Virus record (IMG/VR): IMGVR_UViG_3300006802_000396
Span: 1-28,670 of that record
Length of the DNA: 28,670 nucleotides
Source of the DNA: a virus
Lineage: Duplodnaviria; Caudoviricetes
Reading direction: 5' to 3' (one strand)
Position 1 is the first letter of the stretch, and each line of letters begins with the position of its first letter. Positions 18,288 through 26,791 of the stretch are shown here, in pieces. Under the pieces are notes generated by a model, which did no database searches, had not been told where the DNA came from, and saw only the letters and a list, made by a program, of their open reading frames with translations. Position numbers and translations under genes: made by a program.

Positions 18288-19862
18288 TTACTGCCCCTGC
18301 TGCGGAGCCTGCTGGGCCATCTGCTGCTGGGCCATCATCTGGGCCATGGCCTTCTGCAGCTCGGCCCGTTCACTTTCGCTGCGAACGAGCTTGAGGTCAA
18401 TGCCCAGCTTGTCGGCAAACCACGGCGGGATGTCCTCGACCTTGACGGATCCCATCACCGCCTCCTGCCCGGCGAACGACGAGATCTGCAGCCAGTTGAC
18501 CACGCCGTCCACGTCGTTCATCTGCTGCACACGAGCGAGCGGCGACGTGATCTCGATGGCGACCGACAGGCCGTCGATCTTCAGCTCGGGCGTCGGGGCT
18601 GCGGGATCCGCGCCGGGGATCTGGATGATGCCCTTGCGCACCAGGATGTTGAGGCATCGCTGGAGCAGTGGGCGGATGAACTCATGCGAGATCCGACCGA
18701 ATGGTGCGCCGGTTTCCTCCTGCAGCTCCTTCACCCGCTCCATGATCTCGGTCGGCGAGCGCACCGGCCCTGCGTCGGGCGGGAGCTGGTTGTCGAAAAG
18801 GGCTCGTTTGATCGTCATCTGCAGGTCATCGATGATGAACTGCGAGACGTCGAAGCGGCCGCCGGTCTGGAGCGCCTGGAGGTTACCCTGCGCCCCGATC
18901 TCGACAACGGCACCGGGCGTGATCTGGATCGTGTCGGGGTTGATGACGCCATCGTCGACGGCGGTCCACACGCCTGCCACAGACAGCGACGCGTTCTTGA
19001 GAACCAGCTCCTTGACCTTGTTTAGCGTCTTGATGTCGGGCAGGACGTAGAGCGCCGGGCCTCGAGCCATCGCCTCGCCAGCCACCTTGGTCCAGCGGAA
19101 GAACACCCAGGGATGTTCGTTGTACCACCGCTCGACAATCTTGTGGGGCTCGGCCTTCGCGCCGCCCTTCCACCAGACGACGTAGGCGTACTTCTTCGCC
19201 CGGCTGTCGTAGAACGTCCCCTCCTCGAGCTTGACCTTCTGCTCGGGCGTGTCGCGTCCGATCCTCGCGAGATCCTCGGGCAGCTCGGCGTCTGTCCACG
19301 TCTCCTCGATCTCCCTGACCGGTGCCTCCCATCGCCGGAACGCACCATCGACGGAACCCATCGGGCCGTCGTCGGTCGCGAACTGGTAGTTGGGAACGGC
19401 CTGCATGAGGAGCGGCGAGCTGTCGTCGCCCTCGAGGATCAGCATGCCAGCCGTCGAGATTGCTCCCTCAAGATAGACCTCGCCGATCATGTGGTCGAAG
19501 TTGCTGGCGTGGATCGCAGCGAAGAGCTGCTTGTTGATGGTCTGGAGCTGGGTGCGAACCTGCTCCTTCTTTTCCTGGGGGACCAGAGGCCCATCGCTCA
19601 GAACCGCCCATGTCTGGAACGGTGGCGTGAGCTGTGACTGGAACCGCGACGCGAAACGCTGCACCGCCTCGATGGCCGTGCCGTCGAACACCCGGTCGAG
19701 CTTCTGGCTGCCCTCGGTCTTGTCGCTATAGCGGTTTCGCATGGGCAGGCAGAACTCATAGGCATCGTCGAGGATGCCCTGCCACTGCAGCTTGCGTTGC
19801 CAGGCCGCCTCGGCGCGGGCAATCAGTTTCTTGAGATCGACCGGAGCGTTCTTCTTTGCCAT
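18288..19862 (-). CDS. Portal protein (head-to-tail connector, T7 gp8-like)
   Basis: FD.TA..A...FAS.....LTPP...W, P....RW....GE...RGP....LPD.K.LN, R..TEI.ER..E motifs. Start set at ATG 19862. Confidence 0.95.
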   Translation of the reverse strand: MAKKNAPVDLKKLIARAEAAWQRKLQWQGILDDAYEFCLPMRNRYSDKTEGSQKLDRVFDGTAIEAVQRFASRFQSQLTPPFQTWAVLSDGPLVPQEKKEQVRTQLQTINKQLFAAIHASNFDHMIGEVYLEGAISTAGMLILEGDDSSPLLMQAVPNYQFATDDGPMGSVDGAFRRWEAPVREIEETWTDAELPEDLARIGRDTPEQKVKLEEGTFYDSRAKKYAYVVWWKGGAKAEPHKIVERWYNEHPWVFFRWTKVAGEAMARGPALYVLPDIKTLNKVKELVLKNASLSVAGVWTAVDDGVINPDTIQITPGAVVEIGAQGNLQALQTGGRFDVSQFIIDDLQMTIKRALFDNQLPPDAGPVRSPTEIMERVKELQEETGAPFGRISHEFIRPLLQRCLNILVRKGIIQIPGADPAAPTPELKIDGLSVAIEITSPLARVQQMNDVDGVVNWLQISSFAGQEAVMGSVKVEDIPPWFADKLGIDLKLVRSESERAELQKAMAQMMAQQQMAQQAPQQGQ

Positions 19863-19863
19863 G

Positions 19864-20088
19864 TCAGCCACCCAGTGTGGTCGTCTCGACACCGGTCTCG
19901 GTGTCAAAGAGGTTCTGTGCGCCCTGGCTCCTGGCCGCGAGAACCTTCTCGCGAGCCTTGCGCTTGCGCTCTTCCTCCGCATCCCTGCTGTCGAGGCGCT
20001 CCTGCTGTCGCCGCTGCGCAGCGATCAGCTCGGGGTCAGGCCCCTTCGGTTTCGGTGGGTTAAAGATGTTCTTGACGGTGTCAGCCAT
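19864..20088 (-). CDS. Small virion-associated protein (pre-portal)
   Basis: 74 aa with PKP-rich N-terminus, charged helix and C-terminal 'TTLGG', typical of small pre-portal genes in this phage type. Confidence 0.7.
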   Translation of the reverse strand: MADTVKNIFNPPKPKGPDPELIAAQRRQQERLDSRDAEEERKRKAREKVLAARSQGAQNLFDTETGVETTTLGG

Positions 20089-20533
20089 ATCCCCTCACAG
20101 AGCTTGCCCCCAGCGCCAGGAGCTTCCGATGTAGCTGGCGCGGGGTAATGATGAGCGGCCACCATACTCCCATAATCGCTTTAGCAACAGACACACACGT
20201 CAGGCTTGCTCGAGGGCAGTGGATCTCGTTCACGCCGATGTCGAGTGTCAGCTCCACGACGTCGGTCACCTCGTCACGCTCGAGGAGGGCTGCCAGCACA
20301 TCAATGGGGGCCGCCCAGACCATGTCGACGTGCAGCCTCGAGGGCAGTGGGTCAACCTTAAGCGTGTAGTAATCGGCCATCAGGCCGGGCTCCGGGAACG
20401 GACACGCCACCACCATCCAGCAGTGAGCCCAGGTGTCGCCCGTGAAGAGGTGCCACCAGCGTCGCCGCGTGATCCTGCGCTGGAACACGACGGCGACCGG
20501 AACACGGGAGCGGGGGATCCCGTACTTGATCAC
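20081..20533 (-). CDS. Hypothetical protein, possible permuted papain-like (NlpC/P60) fold
   Basis: N-terminal W.HC, C-terminal TCV......G....ITP.QL; GTGA-coupled to the upstream gene. Confidence 0.6.
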   Translation of the reverse strand: MIKYGIPRSRVPVAVVFQRRITRRRWWHLFTGDTWAHCWMVVACPFPEPGLMADYYTLKVDPLPSRLHVDMVWAAPIDVLAALLERDEVTDVVELTLDIGVNEIHCPRASLTCVSVAKAIMGVWWPLIITPRQLHRKLLALGASSVRGYG

Positions 20534-20874
20534 CGGGCCGTGCGTGGGTTGTAGGGCGCGGCCCCGGCGTCAGGCACGGCGATGTGGTCATGGTGCCACC
20601 TGATCACGATTGCCATCTGCTCACGCTGGTTGAGCTGCGCCCAGGGCCATGCCTGGAGGATCCCGCTGTCCAGCTCGGGCGTCATCTCGCCGGGGACAAC
20701 GATGCCAGTGCGGACCTGGCGGCCCACCTCGGTCAGGTTGCTCTCGGTCTTGACGAGGTGGCGGCCGGTCTTGTCCCACCATGCCGACGCACGGTCGATG
20801 GCCTCGGTTATCCGCATGCCGGTGTCAGGAAAGCGGCCGTGCACGGTGATGTAGTGCGTCATGTCGTCGTTCAT
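20530..20874 (-). CDS. Hypothetical protein
   Basis: 114-aa ORF with a strong GAGGAGG RBS right after the TerL stop. Confidence 0.7.
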   Translation of the reverse strand: MNDDMTHYITVHGRFPDTGMRITEAIDRASAWWDKTGRHLVKTESNLTEVGRQVRTGIVVPGEMTPELDSGILQAWPWAQLNQREQMAIVIRWHHDHIAVPDAGAAPYNPRTAR

Positions 20875-20885
20875 GGAGATCCTCC

Positions 20886-21725
20886 TCAGAAAATCTTGAA
20901 GTCATGCTTGGCAACGCGGGCTCCCCCGCCCCTCGAGCGGTTGCGGTCCTGGCCCTTGTTCTCTCGATGCTCTCCCCCGCCCAGGAGCATGTAGCCACCG
21001 GCGTCAGGCTTGTGGCTATAGGCGTTCTTCTCCGGCTTGTCGGCATACCGCTCGGCCCCTGACACCTCGACGCGCCGGAAACGCCAGCGGCCTGACAGGG
21101 ATGCTCGCAGGCCAGAGCATCGCCGGTTAATCAGGAGGCCGGGCTGCCCATCGATCAGGCGCGACATCGGCGAGCGCCACGCCTGGATCCTGGCGGTGAT
21201 GTTGTTGGTCGGCGCGGCGAACGTCGGGATGCCGGTGCGCCTTCGCATGTGGTCGATGGCCGCGACCTCGAACACCTCGTCGCGGCCGTTGCCCGCAGGA
21301 TCCGCCCACGCCCTTTCGATGCTCCGGCCTGGGAACATCTGTGCCGCCTCCTGCTTGACCTGCGTGGCGAAACGCTCGAGCCCCATGTCCAGGCTCGCCA
21401 CCTCATGGTGGATCAGCCAGACGCCACGCTGGTGGAGCTGACCAAACACCGCAGCCGGTGCCAGTGTCCCTGCGCCGATGTCCAGGCCGAGCAGGAGCGG
21501 TCGATCCTCAAGGACGGGCAGGTCATCCCGCGCCATGAGGTCGTCGCGGTACTCGGGCGTCACCGGCTTGCCGTCTGACACGAAGCCGTAGCGGCCCTGG
21601 GCATAGACGCGGATCCAGTCACGGTCCTTGCCAGGCAGCATGCGAGAATAGTAGCGGTCGGGTAGGTTGCTCAGGTTCTCGGCGCCAGGGTTGACGACGA
21701 AGAATTCGTTGGACGCCTCGATCAC
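20886..21725 (-). CDS. terL: Terminase large subunit, C-terminal part (end of ATPase lid plus RNase H-like nuclease)
   Basis: NP.AENL.NLP..YY, LLLGLDIG, ADPAG, H..DA..Y motifs; same frame as the N-terminal part, separated by a TAA at 21750-21752. Confidence 0.85.
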   Translation of the reverse strand: MIEASNEFFVVNPGAENLSNLPDRYYSRMLPGKDRDWIRVYAQGRYGFVSDGKPVTPEYRDDLMARDDLPVLEDRPLLLGLDIGAGTLAPAAVFGQLHQRGVWLIHHEVASLDMGLERFATQVKQEAAQMFPGRSIERAWADPAGNGRDEVFEVAAIDHMRRRTGIPTFAAPTNNITARIQAWRSPMSRLIDGQPGLLINRRCSGLRASLSGRWRFRRVEVSGAERYADKPEKNAYSHKPDAGGYMLLGGGEHRENKGQDRNRSRGGGARVAKHDFKIF

Positions 21726-21749
21726 CTCGCGATCCTCGACGGCAACACC

Positions 21750-22436
21750 TTACGTCTGGGCCTCCTCGAGGGTCAGCACTGAGGGTGGCTGGGCGAAGAA
21801 CTCCCACTCATCGGGCCACTCCATCTCTAGATCGTGCAGCCAGTGATCCTCGTCAGGCGGGTTGGTGTCGCCGAGGATGGCGGCATAGCTGCACTCGACC
21901 CCTCGGCTTGCCTTCGATGGGTATCGACCGACGCGGGCGGTGGCGGCGTCGACGAGCTGCTTGGGCATCTCGCGCAGCTCGTTGAACCAGATGATGCTGC
22001 CCTCCCAGGAGAGGAGCTTCTTGATGTCCTTTGGCTTGTCGAGGGCGAGGAACTCTACCAGCAGGTCGATCTTGCCCTCCTCGTTGCGGATGTGATGCGT
22101 CATCGGTGCGCCCATCCTGATCGGCCCGAACACCTCCTCGTCGAAGATTGAGCGCCAGGTCGCCACGGTCGTGGTCGCCAGCTCGCCGTAGGTGTTGCGC
22201 ACGACGGCGGCCTTGGTGTAGCGCCAGCCGTCCGGGGCAGGCTCCTGCTCCATGGCGGCTTTCATAATCTTTGCGCAGCAGACGGTTGACTTTCCCGAGC
22301 CGACCGAGCCGCGCACGATAGACACGAAGGCCCGAGACTGCAGGAAGTCCCACAGCGTCGGGCTCGTCGAGAAGTCTAAGGTCTTGTGGTATCCGGTCAG
22401 CGGACGCCCCTCATTTGCTGCGTGATTTTGGGACAT
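21750..22436 (-). CDS. terL: Terminase large subunit, N-terminal ATPase part
   Basis: Walker A GSVGSGKS, VVRNTY.EL..TT, Walker B IIWFNE, coupling motif DTNP; ends at an in-frame TAA. Start codon uncertain. Confidence 0.88.
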   Translation of the reverse strand: MSQNHAANEGRPLTGYHKTLDFSTSPTLWDFLQSRAFVSIVRGSVGSGKSTVCCAKIMKAAMEQEPAPDGWRYTKAAVVRNTYGELATTTVATWRSIFDEEVFGPIRMGAPMTHHIRNEEGKIDLLVEFLALDKPKDIKKLLSWEGSIIWFNELREMPKQLVDAATARVGRYPSKASRGVECSYAAILGDTNPPDEDHWLHDLEMEWPDEWEFFAQPPSVLTLEEAQT

Positions 22437-22663
22437 TTAGCCAGCTTGGCGAAGTCTGGGGACTTGTGGCCCATGGACCAGATCAGGCTGTAGCCATTCT
22501 CGCGGAAGATGTCGAGATCCACCTGCGGTAGGCGCATCTGTGACCCGTCCCTGAACGTGAACTCGTGAGCGCCCTCGTTAGGCACCCAGCGGAAGTAACT
22601 CATCGAGTGTGTGCTGTTGCGTCTGAGCAGGGCCATCGCCCCCCTCGTCATCTCGCGTGTCAT
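22397..22663 (-). CDS. Hypothetical protein
   Basis: ATG 22663 with GGAGGGG RBS and ATGA coupling; 88 aa. Confidence 0.6.
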   Translation of the reverse strand: MTREMTRGAMALLRRNSTHSMSYFRWVPNEGAHEFTFRDGSQMRLPQVDLDIFRENGYSLIWSMGHKSPDFAKLAKCPKITQQMRGVR

Positions 22664-22830
22664 GCCGCGCCCCCTCCGATGATCAGCGCGACGACCAGCG
22701 CCACCCAGATCACGTCTCGGTGTTTGGCTGCCCACGAGCGGCGCCGGCCAGGGTGGAACCTCTGGGCTCCGTGCGCTGTCGTGGAGCGGACGTTCCTGCA
22801 GGCGGCGTTGATCCAGAAGGCATGTGTCAT
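22660..22830 (-). CDS. Small hypothetical membrane protein
   Basis: ATG 22830 with GGGGAG RBS; C-terminal hydrophobic helix VIWVALVVALIIGG. Confidence 0.55.
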   Translation of the reverse strand: MTHAFWINAACRNVRSTTAHGAQRFHPGRRRSWAAKHRDVIWVALVVALIIGGGAA

Positions 22831-22931
22831 GGCTGTTGCTCCCCTATGATTTCCCACGGCCCTTCGGCTGCGGCTTCAAGTCGTTCAATCAGGTCAGTCA
22901 CGGCTGTCTCCATTGAGTGCGTGTATCTCAT
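22827..22931 (-). CDS. Small hypothetical protein (34 aa)
   Basis: Below the ORF-track cutoff. MRYTHSMETAVTDLIERLEAAAEGPWEIIGEQQP*, with ATGA overlaps at both ends exactly filling the gap. Confidence 0.5.
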   Translation of the reverse strand: MRYTHSMETAVTDLIERLEAAAEGPWEIIGEQQP

Positions 22932-23479
22932 TCAGCAGCATCCTTCTCTGGGCCGATCAGGGTCAGGCCGGTGAACGTCGGCGCGGAAGCAGCATCAGAC
23001 CCAGCGCCCTTGCCGTCGAGGCCCAGGTAGTCGAAGAGACGGTCGAGGGCGGGCTGCTTCGCATGCATCTCGATCTCGAGCATCTCGTCGAAGTCACCGT
23101 CGCCTCGGTTGGCCCGCCGCAGCTTCACCTTCTTGATCGCTGACGTGACCGACCGGGGCAGATCCTCGAAGGCCTTGACCGAGAGCCCACCCTCCGGCGT
23201 GACCTCGATGATCTCGGAGATGTCGCTGAACCCGACGGCGAGCAGCTCACGCATGACACGGTTCTCGGCGACCTGCAGCCGCTTGGCCGTATCAGCCTGG
23301 AGCTGGGCGATCCGCTCTTTGATGTGGGTTTTGTGGGGCAGCTCCTTCGCGTAATCGACGGAGATCCCCACGATGCGACCTGCCTCTTGTGCGTTGTATC
23401 GAGCCTCACCGACATACGCGCTGCACCAGAGATCCTGGAGCGGCGTGATGTCCTCGACGGTCGGCTTCGGATTAGCCAT
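22928..23479 (-). CDS. terS: Terminase small subunit
   Basis: T..Q..WC..Y....NA..A...G.S HTH, V..EL..VGFSDI, KQ.ALD.L motifs; upstream of TerL. Confidence 0.88.
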   Translation of the reverse strand: MANPKPTVEDITPLQDLWCSAYVGEARYNAQEAGRIVGISVDYAKELPHKTHIKERIAQLQADTAKRLQVAENRVMRELLAVGFSDISEIIEVTPEGGLSVKAFEDLPRSVTSAIKKVKLRRANRGDGDFDEMLEIEMHAKQPALDRLFDYLGLDGKGAGSDAASAPTFTGLTLIGPEKDAAE

Positions 23480-24494
23480 TGATCATCATCCCGATGCTGT
23501 TGTGATCGGCGAGGCCTTTGACCGTGGCGACCTGCGTCTGGGGAGGCTCTGGAGCTGTCGCTGTTCCTGGGGCGTGTGGCATGAGCTTCTCCCAATACAC
23601 CTTCCACGAGGAGGATCCGATGCGAGATTTTACGACGTTTCTGAACCTTGCCCAATCTCGAGGCTCCGCCTCCCAGGTGATGCTGATGGGCGGCTCTTTC
23701 GGGCCTTGGGGTTTCTGTGAGACGTTGGCTCTGGTGCCACCTTCTGCGGGGACATCCTCCCAGCGACCCTGATTGAGCCAGGTTGCAGGATTGCAGAATT
23801 GCCTATCGGCGGGTTTGTTTGAAATGTACCGCCTCACGGCGGTCAGCATTGTCTCGACGTCGGTTGTCTTGATCGCGGTGTCGAAGCTCTTTCGAGCTGC
23901 TTTTTTTCCCACCTTGTGGGGATAGGCTTCCCAGAACTGATCGAACATCGCCTCGCGCCCGCGCGTGTTACTCGAAGAGTAACTCTGGTTATGGTTCTGG
24001 TTCTGGTTCTGGTTATGCGTCGAGACACCCCCCCCTGTCTCGTCGGGAGTGTCGACGGCAGTCTCGTCGAGAGTGTCGTCGGGAGTGTCGCGCTTTCCAC
24101 ATTCTTCCACAACATCATCGACATCATCGACATCATCGATGACGTCGTTCCGACGTTGCTTGTTGACGGCCCTGGCGCCCCGTCGACCTCCCGCGCTCTT
24201 ACGCTCCCACAGCTCGAGCGAAATCATTGCCTCTTCCATGGCTCGCGCGTTCACGATGCCTCCCTCCACGACCTCGAGCTTCCCGGCTGCGACAAGGTTC
24301 TCGACGATGACGTCCCAGCCATCGATGGACCCCAGCATGAGGGGTAGCTCGGCCTCCGGGCAGGGCGCTGCCTTGTCCCAGATCACGCAGCAGATGCGCA
24401 GATAGACCAGCTCCTGCATCGGTGTCATCCGCGCGGTCCCGGCGATCCAGTCGCTCGCAAAGAAACGGACGTAGCTATGGCGTCCAGTAGACAT
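23472..24494 (-). CDS. Phage replication initiator (DUF1376/YdaU-like N-terminus, lambda O-like organisation)
   Basis: YVRFF.SDW..GT..M...Q..VY N-terminus, central repeats, F..FW..YP.KVGK..A...F and PATWLNQ.RWED. Start at ATG 24494 with ACAGGAGGG RBS. Confidence 0.8.
   Translation of the reverse strand: MSTGRHSYVRFFASDWIAGTARMTPMQELVYLRICCVIWDKAAPCPEAELPLMLGSIDGWDVIVENLVAAGKLEVVEGGIVNARAMEEAMISLELWERKSAGGRRGARAVNKQRRNDVIDDVDDVDDVVEECGKRDTPDDTLDETAVDTPDETGGGVSTHNQNQNQNHNQSYSSSNTRGREAMFDQFWEAYPHKVGKKAARKSFDTAIKTTDVETMLTAVRRYISNKPADRQFCNPATWLNQGRWEDVPAEGGTRANVSQKPQGPKEPPISITWEAEPRDWARFRNVVKSRIGSSSWKVYWEKLMPHAPGTATAPEPPQTQVATVKGLADHNSIGMMING
23967..24140. repeat. Iteron-like repeat cluster, probable replication origin
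   Basis: (TGGTTC/TGGTTA)n at ~23985-24015; GTCTCGTCGRGAGTGTCG at 24037 and 24061 plus a partial copy at 24079; (ACATCATCG)x3 from 24112; palindromes at 23967-23983 and 24021-24042. Confidence 0.6.
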
Positions 24495-24495
24495 A

Positions 24496-25071
24496 TCAGG
24501 TTCCCTCCTGTTTGTGTGGTGATGCATTGTGGACCCACTGGCGCAGGACTGCAAGCCGCATCAGGTGGTCCTGATCGACGTACCATGTCCCCTGCATCAG
24601 CGCGTCAGCCGGTCCTGCCGTCTTTCGCATCTTGGTGAAGTCCTCGCGCAGCAGCCATCCTCGCAGCTCTGCCGATCGGAGATCGGGTGCGACCACGGCC
24701 AGGATCAGGATGTCTGCGCAGGCCTCCTCAAAGATCGCCCGCTTGTTCACCGGCCAGATCAATCGCCGGGCTCGGCTGTGGTTGGTTGCCTTGACATCGA
24801 CCGACCCGACGGGGAGGCTGAAGTCGGATCCCGCGTCGGTGGCGACGGATCCCCAGTCGAGATCGGCCCGAGGGTCGAGGCCGAGGTAGATGGCCGCAGC
24901 CACCTCCCCGACCCGACCGACGGCCTGCATCCTGGGATCCTTGTCGATGTCGTGCATCGCCATCCTCTTCGAGCGGGCCTTCGCGCCAGCCGCGTAGGAT
25001 GCCACGACAGCCCGGCCGAAGGCCTCGCTCTGGCGCAGCATCTCGTCGGAGATGTCGATGCGCGGCGTCAC
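24496..25071 (-). CDS. Hypothetical protein, PD-(D/E)XK nuclease-like
   Basis: G..GE.A....G ... D.G.DF ... VDVKAT motif order; GTGA coupling. Confidence 0.6.
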   Translation of the reverse strand: MTPRIDISDEMLRQSEAFGRAVVASYAAGAKARSKRMAMHDIDKDPRMQAVGRVGEVAAAIYLGLDPRADLDWGSVATDAGSDFSLPVGSVDVKATNHSRARRLIWPVNKRAIFEEACADILILAVVAPDLRSAELRGWLLREDFTKMRKTAGPADALMQGTWYVDQDHLMRLAVLRQWVHNASPHKQEGT

Positions 25072-25313
25072 GGCTTGAAGTCGGCCGCAGGCATGGATCC
25101 GCCCAGGGCAACGTCCCGGCCGTAGCTCACCACCTCCTTCTTGTAGGGGTCGTTGGCCCAGGCCTCACGGATGATCTTCTCGACCTGCTGCGCGGGCGTC
25201 CGTCCATCCATGCGAGCGCGGGCCTCGACCCATGCCATGTGCCGCTCGGTGAGGCGGGTAGTCACTTCGTTCTTGCCGTCATCCTCGACGGTGGCTGCTT
25301 CCTTCTTGGTCAT
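25068..25313 (-). CDS. Ribbon-helix-helix DNA-binding protein
   Basis: VTTRL (strand) followed by two helices with 'A..DGRT.AQ.VE.II.EA'. Confidence 0.65.
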   Translation of the reverse strand: MTKKEAATVEDDGKNEVTTRLTERHMAWVEARARMDGRTPAQQVEKIIREAWANDPYKKEVVSYGRDVALGGSMPAADFKP

Positions 25314-25660
25314 TTCACAATCTCCACTTCTATGTTGTATAGGGCCTTCAGCAACTTGTGCTGTAGTTTCCAGATCCGCGTCACAGGATCCGAACTCTTG
25401 ATGTAGCCTTTGACATCCTCGTACACCTCCTCGCCACCGACCCTGCGGTAGTGGAAGTCGATCACGGGTCGCGCCACCTTGATTTCGTTGACGACGCAGG
25501 GCATCGCCACCTGGCGCTCGAGGTCTGTGATCTCGCCTGCCATCTGCAGGAGCTTCAGCTCCTCCCAGCGCCTGTGTTCGCGCTGTGATGGGAAGAACCC
25601 ATCCTCTGTGCGGACGCCCCTGGCGCCGTACTTATGTTTTCGCTGCGGGCCGGGGGTCAC
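25310..25660 (-). CDS. DUF1064-family endonuclease-like protein
   Basis: KYGA.......F.S..E..R..EL.L...AGEI.DLE.QV ... DF.Y ... EDVKG; GTG start at 25660 overlaps the upstream stop. Confidence 0.8.
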   Translation of the reverse strand: MTPGPQRKHKYGARGVRTEDGFFPSQREHRRWEELKLLQMAGEITDLERQVAMPCVVNEIKVARPVIDFHYRRVGGEEVYEDVKGYIKSSDPVTRIWKLQHKLLKALYNIEVEIVK

Positions 25661-26292
25661 GGCGCACCCCCCCATTGTAGCGCCATGGCATCGGATATGC
25701 CTGGATATGTGAGACCGCGCTCTCTTGCGCGTTTCGGAGATGGGCCGAGGCGGTTCTGACCGCTGTCGGTCTGGTTCGCCCACCGCTTTTTTCCGTTGAC
25801 GATGCGGGGGGGCACATACTCGGTCCCGGCCAGCTCGGGCAAACCCTTGAGCCACAGGCATGTAGCCTTGCTCGCATCCTCGCCAAAGTGATAGGGCTGA
25901 ATGATCTGGTCAGGCTTGCGGATGCGCGTCGAGAGGCAGCCTATCGGGTTTTCCACGGCCACCCGTGGGGCCGCAGGCGTGTCTATCAGCATGCGGGCGA
26001 AGGTCACGGCCATCTCCGTTTTTGCCGCACGGCCCGGTACGCGCCCGTTCCAGTGGAGCCCAGAGGATGACAGGTATGTGCAGTCGGGGAAGGCTAGGAT
26101 CATGTCCCAGCCGCCCCTGTCGATAACCTCAAACACATCCCCTTGGATATGCCGATCAGGAAACTGTTGCCGCTCAAACAGTTCCGGCTCCTGCGCCGGG
26201 CCGTCCAGATCTACGGACCATGCGTCATGGCCGAGCCTGCAGAGGGCATCGCGCACCCGGCCCGAGATCTCGCAGCCCACCAGTACGCGCAT
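25657..26292 (-). CDS. Phage DNA cytosine methyltransferase-like protein
   Basis: VLVGCE.SG.VR.A...GHDAWS.DL, FPDC (catalytic PC-like), VENP, QP..FG..K.TCLWL..LP, YPGI..AMA.QW. Confidence 0.75.
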   Translation of the reverse strand: MRVLVGCEISGRVRDALCRLGHDAWSVDLDGPAQEPELFERQQFPDRHIQGDVFEVIDRGGWDMILAFPDCTYLSSSGLHWNGRVPGRAAKTEMAVTFARMLIDTPAAPRVAVENPIGCLSTRIRKPDQIIQPYHFGEDASKATCLWLKGLPELAGTEYVPPRIVNGKKRWANQTDSGQNRLGPSPKRARERGLTYPGISDAMALQWGGAP

Positions 26293-26546
26293 CAGAAGAG
26301 GTCGAGCTGCGCTGCCACAGAGTAGCTCTCGAGCAGCGCGGCCTTCTCCTGCCGTGCATCACGCTCAATCGCCCGCAGCTTGATCAGCTCTCTGATGATG
26401 GATGGATCCAGGCCGACCGATTTGGCCTCGATGAACACCTCGCGGATGTCCTCGGTGATGTTCTTTCGCTCCTGCATCAGGTTCTCGACGCGATCGATCA
26501 CGCTCTTGATCTTGTCGCCTGCAATGGTGTTGCTTCCCTCGGTCAT
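26292..26546 (-). CDS. gapR: GapR/DUF2312 nucleoid-associated protein homologue
   Basis: IKS.I.RVE.L..E.K.I..DI.EVF.EAK..G.D...IR..IKLR......R.E..ALL..Y; start at ATG 26546 (ATGA overlap). Confidence 0.88.
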   Translation of the reverse strand: MTEGSNTIAGDKIKSVIDRVENLMQERKNITEDIREVFIEAKSVGLDPSIIRELIKLRAIERDARQEKAALLESYSVAAQLDLF

Positions 26547-26743
26547 GCCTGCGCCCCTGGGCCGGTCGTGGCGATGGCGTGATCGAGGAGCTGGTCGGCG
26601 ACCACGCTCATGCTCGCCTTGTTGGGCGCCGACAGTTTGTTGACCGCCTCGACCCGCTCCTCGAGCCGCTTGGCGATCTCCTCCGACAGGTAGAACGTCA
26701 CCCGGCGCTTGCCGGGGACATGACGTGTAGTGACATTTTTCAC
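26543..26743 (-). CDS. Ribbon-helix-helix (Arc/CopG-like) regulator, first gene of leftward arm
   Basis: RVTFYLSEE...RLE ... SMS.VAD.LLD.AI; GTG start with AAAGGAGGG RBS. Confidence 0.7.
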   Translation of the reverse strand: MKNVTTRHVPGKRRVTFYLSEEIAKRLEERVEAVNKLSAPNKASMSVVADQLLDHAIATTGPGAQA

Positions 26744-26762
26744 GATACCCTCCTTTCATGGG

Positions 26763-26791
26763 TTGACGCAGTATCACCGCATCGCTATATG
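26763..26791 (+). promoter_or_regulatory. Rightward sigma70-like promoter
   Basis: TTGACG (26763-26768)-17 nt-TATATG (26786-26791). Confidence 0.65.

Noticed and set aside
18295-18350. CTGGGCCAT repeats at the portal 3' end
   Set aside because: Explained by a low-complexity MAQQ-rich C-terminal tail, common in portals; not CRISPR-like.
21750-21752. Genome-wide TAA reassignment (alternative genetic code)
   Set aside because: TAA terminates the portal, the gene ending at 9727 (TAATG coupling) and the gene ending at 27710 normally. No other conserved gene is interrupted, and no suppressor tRNA is visible.
26772-26780. TATCACCGC, identical to the lambda operator consensus half-site
   Set aside because: No symmetric second half-site and no CI-like gene; it overlaps the leftward extended -10, which explains it.
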